From an uncultured delta proteobacterium (GTDB lineage Bacteria > Myxococcota_A > Polyangia > Fen-1088), in contig CAWCMR010000025.1 in NCBI GenBank assembly GCA_963796685.1, forward strand, positions 480,001 to 544,000: a DNA stretch of 64,000 nt, in the 5' to 3' direction. The translations under genes were made by a program, and so were the position numbers. Under the pieces are notes generated by a model. That model was given only the letters and a program-made list of their open reading frames with translations, was not told the origin of the DNA and ran no database searches. Shown piece by piece: positions 30,082 to 42,300 of the stretch. Positions within the stretch are counted from its first letter, which is position 1, and every line of letters starts with the position of its first letter.

Positions 30082-31812
30082 TCACCGTCTGCGCCTGCGG
30101 GCGCGACGCCCTTGCATGATGGCTCCAAGCAGCAACAATCCCATGAAGACCGAAAAGAATAGCGCCACCTTCTCTTCGAGGACCTGCCCGCGACCTTCGT
30201 AGACGAGCGAAACGCAGAAGCTTACGGCGCCCAGGAACCCCCACAAAAACTTGTGCCCCAAAGCATAGAACGCTTCCGCGGATTCCTCGAGGCGACGCAC
30301 GCGAACCTGAATGTCGCCGCGCGTGGCCAGGTTGAGAAACCGCCCAAGCTCGCTGGGCAAGGCGAGGGCCGAGAGCGTGGCTTCCCGGGCGGTCTCGAGA
30401 ACCGTCTCCGACCACTCCTTGCGTTCACCCAGGATGAAGCGGTCGACGTAGGGCTGGATGACGTCGGCCGGGTTGAGCTCGGGCGCCAAGGTCGTGCACA
30501 CACCGAGCAGGAGCAGCAGGGTCCGTTCGAGCAGCACCCATTCGCCCGGCACGTGAAAGGCGTCGCGTAGATCGGCCAAGGAAACGTCCAGCTGACGCAA
30601 GTCGAGCAGGGTGGCGATCTGTCCGCGCAGATCGAGTCCCGAGCTGAGGCTGCCGGTAGAGAACTGCTGGAAACGCATCTGCGAGCGGAAGGTCTCGTAG
30701 AAATGCTCGATGACCCGGTCGAAGACCTCGTGATCCGCGTGGCGCGAGATGAAGCCCATCTCCTTCATGGCCGCGACGATGCGCCCCACATCGCGCGTGA
30801 CCGCGCCTTGCAGGAAGGACACGATCCCCTTGCGCATGCCGGGCGAGACGCGCCCCGTGGCGCCAAAATCGAGAAACACGAGGACGGGATCGCTCCCGCC
30901 GCCGGGACCGGCCGCCAGCAGCAGATTCCCCGGGTGCGGATCCGCGTGGTAGATGCCGTCGACGAAGATTTGTTTGCAGTAGGCCTCGATGCACAAGCGA
31001 CCCGCCTTCATGCGGTCGATGCCCGCGCTGGCGATACCCGGCAGATCGCCGATCTTCACGCCATCCACCCATTGTGCGATCAGCACGCGCGAGGTCGAGT
31101 AGTCGCCGACCACGCGCGGAATGAGAACGTCGGTTCGACCGGTGAAATTGTTGGCGATGGCGGCCATGGCCTCGGCTTCTTGCCGATAATCGAGCTCGGC
31201 CAGAACCATCTTCTTGATTTCGCCGTAGATCACGTTCCAGCCCCAGTCGGGAAGCAGGCGCGCGGCCAGACGCGAGATGCGCTTGAGCGCCCGCAGATCG
31301 GTGGCCACGATGGTCTCGATGTCGGGATACTGGACCTTGACCGCGACCTTTTCCCCCGAGCGCAAGCGCGCCACGTGCACCTGCCCGATGGAGGCCGAGG
31401 CAATGGGGTTCTCGTCGAACTCGGCAAAGACCTCGCGCGGAGACCTGCCGCCGAGCTCTTCGCGCAGGCGAATCTCGATCTCGGCGAAGGGACGTGGCGG
31501 CACGCTGTCTTGCAGGGTTTCGAGCTCCTTGCGGAAGGCCTCGGGAAGCAGGTTGGCCATCACGCTGATGAGCTGCCCCACCTTGATGAAGAGTCCCTGC
31601 AAATCGACGATGGCGGCGAGGACGCGTCGGGCGTTCTTGCGATGCGCTCGATCGGCCAGCTGCACCGCCTTCTCGCTGCTGCGCAAGCGGCGGCGCAGCG
31701 AATAGAGGGCGTACGACAACACCACCTGCATGGTCACGAAGTAGGCGCGCAGCAGGCGCCGGGTGGGCCTACGAAGTGCCGCGGTCCGCGCCGTGCGAGG
31801 GGTGGCTGTCAT
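30082..31812 (-). CDS. ABC1/AarF/UbiB-family atypical kinase
   Basis: IKVGQ, ASASIGQVH, VAVKVQYP, HADPHPGN, LDFG; two C-terminal TMs. Confidence 0.95.
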   Translation of the reverse strand: MTATPRTARTAALRRPTRRLLRAYFVTMQVVLSYALYSLRRRLRSSEKAVQLADRAHRKNARRVLAAIVDLQGLFIKVGQLISVMANLLPEAFRKELETLQDSVPPRPFAEIEIRLREELGGRSPREVFAEFDENPIASASIGQVHVARLRSGEKVAVKVQYPDIETIVATDLRALKRISRLAARLLPDWGWNVIYGEIKKMVLAELDYRQEAEAMAAIANNFTGRTDVLIPRVVGDYSTSRVLIAQWVDGVKIGDLPGIASAGIDRMKAGRLCIEAYCKQIFVDGIYHADPHPGNLLLAAGPGGGSDPVLVFLDFGATGRVSPGMRKGIVSFLQGAVTRDVGRIVAAMKEMGFISRHADHEVFDRVIEHFYETFRSQMRFQQFSTGSLSSGLDLRGQIATLLDLRQLDVSLADLRDAFHVPGEWVLLERTLLLLLGVCTTLAPELNPADVIQPYVDRFILGERKEWSETVLETAREATLSALALPSELGRFLNLATRGDIQVRVRRLEESAEAFYALGHKFLWGFLGAVSFCVSLVYEGRGQVLEEKVALFFSVFMGLLLLGAIMQGRRARRRRR

Positions 31813-31943
31813 GGGGGAGGCAGCATATCCCGGTGGCCGAGCGCATGCACGCGCCGCCGGCAGTAGGTTGCCCGCGTGCAGTGGCGGCCATCGAGGCGGC
31901 AACGGTCGGGACTTTCGCCGAGGGCTGTACTAGGCTTGCGTCC

Positions 31944-32276
31944 ATGGCAGACGAAGCGAAGCGGGACGACCGCCAGACCGGCGAGCCCTTCGAGAACGAG
32001 GCACGCTCCGAGCGTGGGCTGTCCGATCGTGTGCGCCGGGCCATGGCGGCCGGGCTGGAAGTGGCCTCGCGCTCCAAGGACGACCTGGTGCGCGCCGCCA
32101 CCTCGGAGATCGGCGCGTGGCTCGACCGCCTGGACGTGCAGGGCGAGCTGGCCCAGGTGCTTTCCAAGATGGTGCTCGAGGTGAAGGCCGAGATCCGTTT
32201 CCGCCCGAAGGAAGATGGAACCCTCGTCCCCGAGGTCACGAGCGACGTTCAGGTGAAGCCGCCGACCAAACCGTAA
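31944..32276 (+). CDS. Small hypothetical protein (myxobacterial type, possibly phasin-like)
   Basis: Good codon bias; ELAQVLSKMVLEVKAEIRF; divergent from the ABC1 kinase. Confidence 0.65.
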   Translation: MADEAKRDDRQTGEPFENEARSERGLSDRVRRAMAAGLEVASRSKDDLVRAATSEIGAWLDRLDVQGELAQVLSKMVLEVKAEIRFRPKEDGTLVPEVTSDVQVKPPTKP

Positions 32277-32283
32277 GATTTTC

Positions 32284-32394
32284 ACCACAGAGGACACAGA
32301 GGACACAGAGACGGAGGGGGAGAAGTAAGGATCCGGTTTCAAGCTCCGAGAACCCTTCCTTTCCGGCCTCCGTGTTCTCTGTGTCCTCTGCGGT
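32284..32394. repeat. Inverted repeat built from 9-bp (ACACAGAGG) units between convergent genes
   Basis: ACCACAGAGGACACAGAGGACACAGAG ... CTCCGTGTTCTCTGTGTCCTCTGCGGT. Confidence 0.85.
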
Positions 32395-32399
32395 TCCAT

Positions 32400-33815
<1,416 letters not shown>

Positions 33816-33838
33816 GGCCGAACGATAGCACTAGCCGG

Positions 33839-34492
33839 CTACGGAGCGACGCCACTGACGAAGGGATTGCGTTCGCGTTCGTCGGCGATGGTCGTCTCCG
33901 GCCCGTGCCCGGGGATCACGCGCGTCTCGCCGGGAAGCACGTACAGCTTGGTGCGAATGGAGACCGCCAGAGCGGCGAACGATCCGCCCGGCAGATCGGT
34001 GCGACCAACGGAATCCGCGAACAGGGTATCCCCGGCGAAGAGGACGGCATCGTCCTCGCCAAGGTAGAAACCGACTGAGCCCGGGGTGTGCCCCGGCGTA
34101 TGCAAGACGCGAATGGACACGTTGCCGACGGCGATGGTTTCCCCGCCGGTCAACCACTGCGTGGGGGCAGGCGGGCGGGCAGCGCGAAACCCGAACATCA
34201 CGCCCTGGCCGGGCAGATTCTCGTACAGTGTCTGGTCGTCGCGGTGAATGAGAATCGCCGCGTTCGTGGCCGTGGCCACCTCGCCCGTCGCGAGGATGTG
34301 ATCGAAGTGACCGTGGGTGTGCAGAAGATGCGTGACCGTGACCCCCATGTCCTTGACCGCCGCAAGGATGTCCTCGGTATTGCCGCCCGGATCGATGATG
34401 GCGGCTTGCCCGGTCTCCGCGCAAGCCACGATGGCGCAGTTGCAAGCCACCGGCCCAACCGTGAGCGTGCGTATCGTCGTGTGCGGCCTCAC
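33839..34492 (-). CDS. MBL-fold metallohydrolase (glyoxalase II-like)
   Basis: [34 protein letters not shown]. Confidence 0.93.
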   Translation of the reverse strand: MRPHTTIRTLTVGPVACNCAIVACAETGQAAIIDPGGNTEDILAAVKDMGVTVTHLLHTHGHFDHILATGEVATATNAAILIHRDDQTLYENLPGQGVMFGFRAARPPAPTQWLTGGETIAVGNVSIRVLHTPGHTPGSVGFYLGEDDAVLFAGDTLFADSVGRTDLPGGSFAALAVSIRTKLYVLPGETRVIPGHGPETTIADERERNPFVSGVAP

Positions 34493-34527
34493 GGCTAGAA
34501 GTATACCCCCTGACGAGGCCCGAAACC

Positions 34528-34589
34528 GTAGGGGCGGGTTTCAAACCCGCCCTCCGGCTGGTGTGGGCGGGTTTCAAACCCGCGCCTAC
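34528..34589. repeat. GTAG-type REP doublet in inverted orientation (REPIN-like)
   Basis: GTAGGGGCGGGTTTCAAACCCGCCC ... GGGCGGGTTTCAAACCCGCGCCTAC. Confidence 0.85.
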
Positions 34590-34598
34590 CCCCTCTCC

Positions 34599-37493
<2,895 letters not shown>

Positions 37494-37511
37494 CGCCTCT
37501 CCTCCAACTAT

Positions 37512-37546
37512 CCAAATTGCCAAATTGCCAAATTGCCAAATTGCCA
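37512..37546. repeat. Tandem repeat (CCAAATTG)x4 in the nrdJ leader
   Basis: CCAAATTGCCAAATTGCCAAATTGCCAAATTGCCA. Confidence 0.9.
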
Positions 37547-37656
37547 GATTTTCAGTGCCGCATCGGATCAGTCTGACACTGCGCCAAAACACACGCACTC
37601 CGATGCGGCGGCTGGCCAGCATAACTCCCGCCAAAAGGGGTCTGTGTCAACAAAAA

Positions 37657-37704
37657 ACACAATATGTAGTGTTATGCCACAGATAACCACACTACCTATT
37701 GTGT
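37657..37704. promoter_or_regulatory. Tandem NrdR boxes
   Basis: ACACAATATGTAGTGT (37657-37672) and ACACTACCTATTGTGT (37689-37704) fit acaCwAtATaTwGtgt; starts 32 bp apart; upstream of nrdJ. Confidence 0.9.
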
Positions 37705-37714
37705 ATTAGCGGTC

Positions 37715-37779
37715 TGTGGATAATTTCTGAATTCGCCTTCCCGGTCGGCTATTTCGGCCCCTTACCCCCTTGTGGACAA
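37715..37779. promoter_or_regulatory. DnaA boxes
   Basis: TGTGGATAA (37715-37723, perfect reverse complement of TTATCCACA) and TGTGGACAA (37771-37779, one mismatch). Confidence 0.6.
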
Positions 37780-37892
37780 AGTCGACAAAGTCAAATAGTG
37801 ACCATACGTTGCACTACCAGCATGGCCCAATGCGCACAAGAAGCGCAGGCCAGAAAGTATCGTCCCGGAGTCTTCTCGCTTATGATCGTTCG

Positions 37893-38696
37893 GTGATTTG
37901 GCTCGAAGGAGTGTGCTGCCAGCGCGCTGGCGCCGTGGTGCTCGACATGGTGACCCTGGGGGTTGCCAGGAGCGAGCTCATCGTCATCGAGGGAGGTGCG
38001 GCCTCCGGCAAGTCCACGTTGCTCGAATTGGCGGCGGCCGCGCGCATGCCCGAGCGGGGCGCGGTGTGGTTCGCAGGCCGCAACACCACGAGCCTGCAGC
38101 GGGCGTCCTTGCCCTTCGTTCGACGCAACATCGGCTACTGCACGGCGGAGCCGCTTCTGCTACCGGACGACACCGCGCTGGCCAACGTGATGCTGGCGCT
38201 GGCCGTGCGCGGGGAAAGCCCGGCGCGCGCGGAGCAGTCGGCGCGCGAAGCCCTGGCGCTGGTGAAGGCCACCCATCTGGAAGACCGAAAAGTTGCGTCT
38301 TTGTCCTCGGGTCAAAGGCGGCTGGTCGCCTTGGCGCGCGCCGTGGCCGGACCGCCGCCCCTGGTGGTTGCGGACGAGCCCTCGGCCGGCGTCGGCGGCG
38401 AGGCCCGCGAGGTCGCGGTTTCCGCGCTCGCCACGGCCCGCGATTCGGGTGCGGCGGTCCTGGTCGCCACCGCCGATACGACCCTGGCCGACCAATTGGT
38501 GAGTAGAGGCGGACGGCAAATCCACCTCGAGCAGGGACATATCGCAGGCGCTCCCGCCATGGGCCTCGTGCCCGCGTTCACGCCGGTGCCCGCGGTGCCC
38601 GCGGTGGACGGACGGCTCCAGCCCAGGATCATCACCCTCGAGGTCGATGATGGCGAGAAAGAGGTGCTGTCCCCCGTGACCAGAGGGCCGGCATGA
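37893..38696 (+). CDS. ftsE: FtsE-like ABC ATPase, divergent
   Basis: GGAASGKST, LPFVRRNIG (FtsE-typical), LSSGQRR, ADEPS; followed by ftsX-like. Confidence 0.8.
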   Translation: MIWLEGVCCQRAGAVVLDMVTLGVARSELIVIEGGAASGKSTLLELAAAARMPERGAVWFAGRNTTSLQRASLPFVRRNIGYCTAEPLLLPDDTALANVMLALAVRGESPARAEQSAREALALVKATHLEDRKVASLSSGQRRLVALARAVAGPPPLVVADEPSAGVGGEAREVAVSALATARDSGAAVLVATADTTLADQLVSRGGRQIHLEQGHIAGAPAMGLVPAFTPVPAVPAVDGRLQPRIITLEVDDGEKEVLSPVTRGPA

Positions 38697-39601
38697 GCGC
38701 AATCTGGATCGCCCGTCACGTGCACCACCAGGTGCAAGCCCATCGCCCCCTCGTTCTCGCGACCTCGGCCGCCTTCTTCTTGCTCGCGCTGGTCGCTGGC
38801 GGCGCGAGGCTGGGCGCACGCACGGTAGTCCGATGGGGAGGCATAGTGGGCCAGAACGTCCACGTCATCGTGTATCTGTCCGAGGAGGTCGACGAGGACC
38901 GCGCGCGGGATTTGTCGGAAGTTCTGAGCCGCGTGCCGAGCGTCGCCCGGGTGACCACCGTCGAGCCCGCCGCCGCGCTTTCCAGGTTCAGCGCCTCGGC
39001 CAAGGCGGTCGGCCTGGACAACAAGGCCCTCGAAGACCTCGAACCCGCCTATTTCCCACGCTCTCTCGAGGTCAATTTGATGCCGGCCGCGGATCTCAGC
39101 GAGCGCGCGGCCGATCTGGCCAAGCGCCTGCGTGGGGTGCCCGGCGTCCTGCAAGTCGATGCCATGGGCGGCGGCCTTGCCCGCCTATCGGTATGGGTCA
39201 AGCTGGGTCGCAGACTGGGCGCCATCGTGCTCGCGGCCTTGGGCTTGGTCGCCCTTGGCGCCCTGGCGGCGGTGTTCCTGCGCAGCCGCAATGCCGTGTC
39301 CAGGCGGGCGGCGGTGCTGGTGCAGCTCGGGGAAACGGCCTCGGGTATTCGTTTGCCCGGGGGAATGTGGATGGCGGCGGCGGCGGCCATCGGCGGCGGC
39401 GCGGGCGCGCTCGTGTTGCGGCTCGCCTGGCAACCGCTGGTCGGTCGCCTCGAGCACAGCCTCGGTATGGTCGCCAACCCGCCCTTCCCCTTCCTCAGTC
39501 GCACCGAGCTCGCTCTCGGCCTTGCAGCGGTGCTGCTGATTGGGCTCGCCATGGGCTACTTCGCGCCCCCTCTGCCTCGGATGCAAGACCGTGCGTCGTG
39601 A
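38693..39601 (+). CDS. ftsX: FtsX-like permease
   Basis: TM, VIVYL, periplasmic domain with FPRSLEV and LRGVPGVLQV, LVQLGET, three more TMs; ATGA overlap with ftsE. Confidence 0.8.
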   Translation: MSAIWIARHVHHQVQAHRPLVLATSAAFFLLALVAGGARLGARTVVRWGGIVGQNVHVIVYLSEEVDEDRARDLSEVLSRVPSVARVTTVEPAAALSRFSASAKAVGLDNKALEDLEPAYFPRSLEVNLMPAADLSERAADLAKRLRGVPGVLQVDAMGGGLARLSVWVKLGRRLGAIVLAALGLVALGALAAVFLRSRNAVSRRAAVLVQLGETASGIRLPGGMWMAAAAAIGGGAGALVLRLAWQPLVGRLEHSLGMVANPPFPFLSRTELALGLAAVLLIGLAMGYFAPPLPRMQDRAS

Positions 39602-40418
39602 GTACCTACTGGCCGCGCTCGTGCTGCTCCCCGTGACGGCGAAGGCCGATCCCAGCGCCGAGGAAACCGCGCTGTTCGACCGGCTGGGCGTGCGCGAGCA
39701 CATTCTCGAAGCCCAAACCACGGCAGCCGAGACCACGACCCGGCAGCGCGCCCTTCTGGCCTACCGGCTGTGGCGTCGCCGGGAGCTTGGCTTTGCCGCC
39801 AACCCCGAGACTCGCCTCGACGATGCGCGATCGTTCGACCTGGCCCTGGTGGCTTTGCGTCGCGGCCTGGACGAGTCGCGAACCCTGGCGCGCGAGCTCG
39901 ACCGGGTGCGCGTCGAGCGCGGCGCCCTGGAAGTCGCCCTTCTGGGCCGCGCCCTTGCCGAGACCGCGAACCCCGATGACCCCACGCCTCCAGCCCTGGA
40001 AAACCTCCCGACCTCGGCGCGCTTGCTTCGCCCGGTGCGCGGAACGCCGGTGGCCGTGCCCGGCACCCGGCGTGATAGGCCGTCGAAGACCGAAATCCGC
40101 CACGACAGCGTCGAGATCCTTGCCCGCCTCAACGAGCCCGTAAAGGCCATCGCGGCTGGCGTGGTGAAGCGGGTCGAGCCCCTGGCACAAGGCGGATTTG
40201 CCGTGATGACCGCCCACCCCGGCGGGTTGACCAGCATCGTTACCGGGCTGCGCGACGTGGCGGTCAAGCCCGGCGATGCCGTGCTGGCGGGGCAGACGCT
40301 GGGACTTGCGGGCAGGAATCTCGACGGGGCGGCCGTGATCTCGGTGGAGATCTGGCGCAATCGCCAACCCCAGGACGCGGGCAAGCTGCTCCACGTCCGA
40401 TTATCCCCGGTGAGCTGA
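39591..40418 (+). CDS. EnvC-like coiled-coil plus degenerate M23/LytM domain
   Basis: Signal peptide, coiled coil, PVKAIAAGVV, VKPGDAVLAGQTLG, VEIWRN; lacks the Zn ligands; follows ftsEX. Confidence 0.75.
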   Translation: MRREYLLAALVLLPVTAKADPSAEETALFDRLGVREHILEAQTTAAETTTRQRALLAYRLWRRRELGFAANPETRLDDARSFDLALVALRRGLDESRTLARELDRVRVERGALEVALLGRALAETANPDDPTPPALENLPTSARLLRPVRGTPVAVPGTRRDRPSKTEIRHDSVEILARLNEPVKAIAAGVVKRVEPLAQGGFAVMTAHPGGLTSIVTGLRDVAVKPGDAVLAGQTLGLAGRNLDGAAVISVEIWRNRQPQDAGKLLHVRLSPVS

Positions 40419-40425
40419 TCCCTAG

Positions 40426-41292
40426 CTAGGAGACCTTGGTGCCGGCAAAGACGCCAGCGACCACACCGACACCGAAGGCGGAACCGGCGAAGTAGGTGTC
40501 GATGGCCTCCTTGACCGCAAGGAAGATGTCCTGCATCGCGGCCCCCTTGCCTGCGATGGACTTCCAGCGCCCCAGGGGACCCAGCTCGATCACCGGAGCG
40601 TAGAAGAACTCCCGTCCGGTGCAAAAGACCAATTCCCAGTGCGTGGTCTCGACCGACACAGGGCCGAGGCCGGCTTTCTCCAGCTGCTTGGCCAGGGCCT
40701 CGGGCTCGGGGAAGGACTTGGCATACGCGGCCAAGGCCGCTGCCAGCTCCGGCCTGCGTAGGCGAACCAGCACGTCCGTGTACACGTCGAGAAACTCGCG
40801 CCAGGTTCCGGCCAGCGGAGTCGCCAGACGAAGCGCTCCGCCCGGCTTCGTGACGCGCACGAGCTCGGAAACCAGCGTGGCGGGGGCCACGGCATCGGCG
40901 AGGGAAACATTGGCCAGCACGCAATCGAAGCCATCCTCGGCAAAGGGCAGCTTGCCTTCGAGATTGTGGGCGCGGAAAAAGATCCTGCGGCCGAGGTATT
41001 CGGCGGCGACGTTGGCGCGGGCTCGTTCGACCAAGGCCGGCGTGGCTTCGACGGCGATGAGGCGGCTATCGGCGTCGGTCCGCTGCAGGATCTCGGTGTT
41101 CGTGGTGCCCAGCCCGCAACCGATTTGCAGCACGTGGCTGTTCCGCGCCAGCACGAGATCCGCCATGAGCAAATCGGCGAGCTTCTGGCCAAACAGCGGA
41201 TAGACCTCTTCCTCGAAGACCCGGGCCAACTTCTCCTGCTGGGTAAGGAGCCGCGTGGGCCGCACCTGAGACGACGAACCTGTCGAGGACAT
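40426..41292 (-). CDS. Class I SAM-dependent methyltransferase
   Basis: VLQIGCGLG, LPFAEDGFDCV, RVTKPGG. Confidence 0.85.
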   Translation of the reverse strand: MSSTGSSSQVRPTRLLTQQEKLARVFEEEVYPLFGQKLADLLMADLVLARNSHVLQIGCGLGTTNTEILQRTDADSRLIAVEATPALVERARANVAAEYLGRRIFFRAHNLEGKLPFAEDGFDCVLANVSLADAVAPATLVSELVRVTKPGGALRLATPLAGTWREFLDVYTDVLVRLRRPELAAALAAYAKSFPEPEALAKQLEKAGLGPVSVETTHWELVFCTGREFFYAPVIELGPLGRWKSIAGKGAAMQDIFLAVKEAIDTYFAGSAFGVGVVAGVFAGTKVS

Positions 41293-41375
41293 GGACGCCG
41301 CAATCTACCATCGATTTCGCACCGGCATAGCAAGTCGCGCAGGGTTCCCACCAATCCCGCGATACGCACAGAAGG

Positions 41376-41495
41376 TCGTGGCCGTGGTCGTGGCCGTGGC
41401 CATGATCTTCGTCGGCCACGACGGCGAGGACGCCTACGGCCACGGTGAGCCGTCTACGTCTACGACCACCCGTCATCGCTCCGACAGGTGCGTGC
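41376..41495. repeat. Dispersed (CGTGGC)n-containing element, copy B
   Basis: TCGTGGCCGTGGTCGTGGCCGTGGCC, then a segment matching the reverse complement of 6264-6325. Confidence 0.75.
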
Positions 41496-41508
41496 TGGGC
41501 TCCCGCGA

Positions 41509-41979
41509 TCAGCGGTCGACATCGGACAGGATGATGATCTCGCCCGAAACCCCGCCCGGCCCGATGTGCAGCCTGCCCAGCGAGACCGGCCGGCCGGGCC
41601 GACGAGGGCCGGCGCTGCCGGGATTGAAATACAGGATGCCGTCCTGCACCTCTTTGCGCGGCTGGTGGGTGTGGCCCGAAATCACGACCTTGATGTCCTG
41701 CTTCCTGGGGTCCACGGCGAGGTGCTCGATCTCGTGGACCGTGTAGATGGCGATCCCTTCGATGGTCGTCAGGTCGTGGTCGGGCAGCGCGCTGGCCCAA
41801 GCGCCGCGATCGCAATTGCCGCGCACGGCGGTAACCTCGGCTATCGTGGAAAGCCACTGCAAGGTCCGCCGATCGTCGATGTCACCCGCGTGAATGATAC
41901 GGTCCACGGAAGCCAATGCGGAGCGCACCTCCGGTCGCAACAGGCCGTGGGTATCGGAAATGACGCCGAGGATTGCCAC
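41509..41979 (-). CDS. YfcE-family metallophosphoesterase
   Basis: ISDTHG, HAGD, RGNCD, GHTH, NPGSAG. Confidence 0.93.
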   Translation of the reverse strand: MAILGVISDTHGLLRPEVRSALASVDRIIHAGDIDDRRTLQWLSTIAEVTAVRGNCDRGAWASALPDHDLTTIEGIAIYTVHEIEHLAVDPRKQDIKVVISGHTHQPRKEVQDGILYFNPGSAGPRRPGRPVSLGRLHIGPGGVSGEIIILSDVDR

Positions 41980-42300
41980 AACCGAACCATAGCAGCCCCA
42001 TGGCGGTCCATGTACGCGTCGCACGCTTCATATCGCACCGCGCTGGCCCTCAGGCACTGGGCGAGCCGGGAGCCGAATGTAGGTTGGCTCACACCTGCGA
42101 AGATCGCCGCCACGCCGATTCCTGTCCTGAAACCACCTCGCCCCGCGCAGCGGAGCGAAGCAGGGCGGTTTCGTCCCCACCCGTCACAGCTAGGCGCGAG
42201 TTCCACCATAGACCTTGCGCAAAGCTTGCTATAGTTTCGTAGCTCGTAGCCTCGTGGCTTCGCCCGAGTTCCCGTTTTCCGCACGGTGAGGTAAGTCGAT

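Noticed and set aside
37650-37800. Replication origin
   Set aside because: Only two good DnaA boxes, no evident unwinding element and no dnaA/dnaN/gidA context. Better explained as nrdJ regulation.
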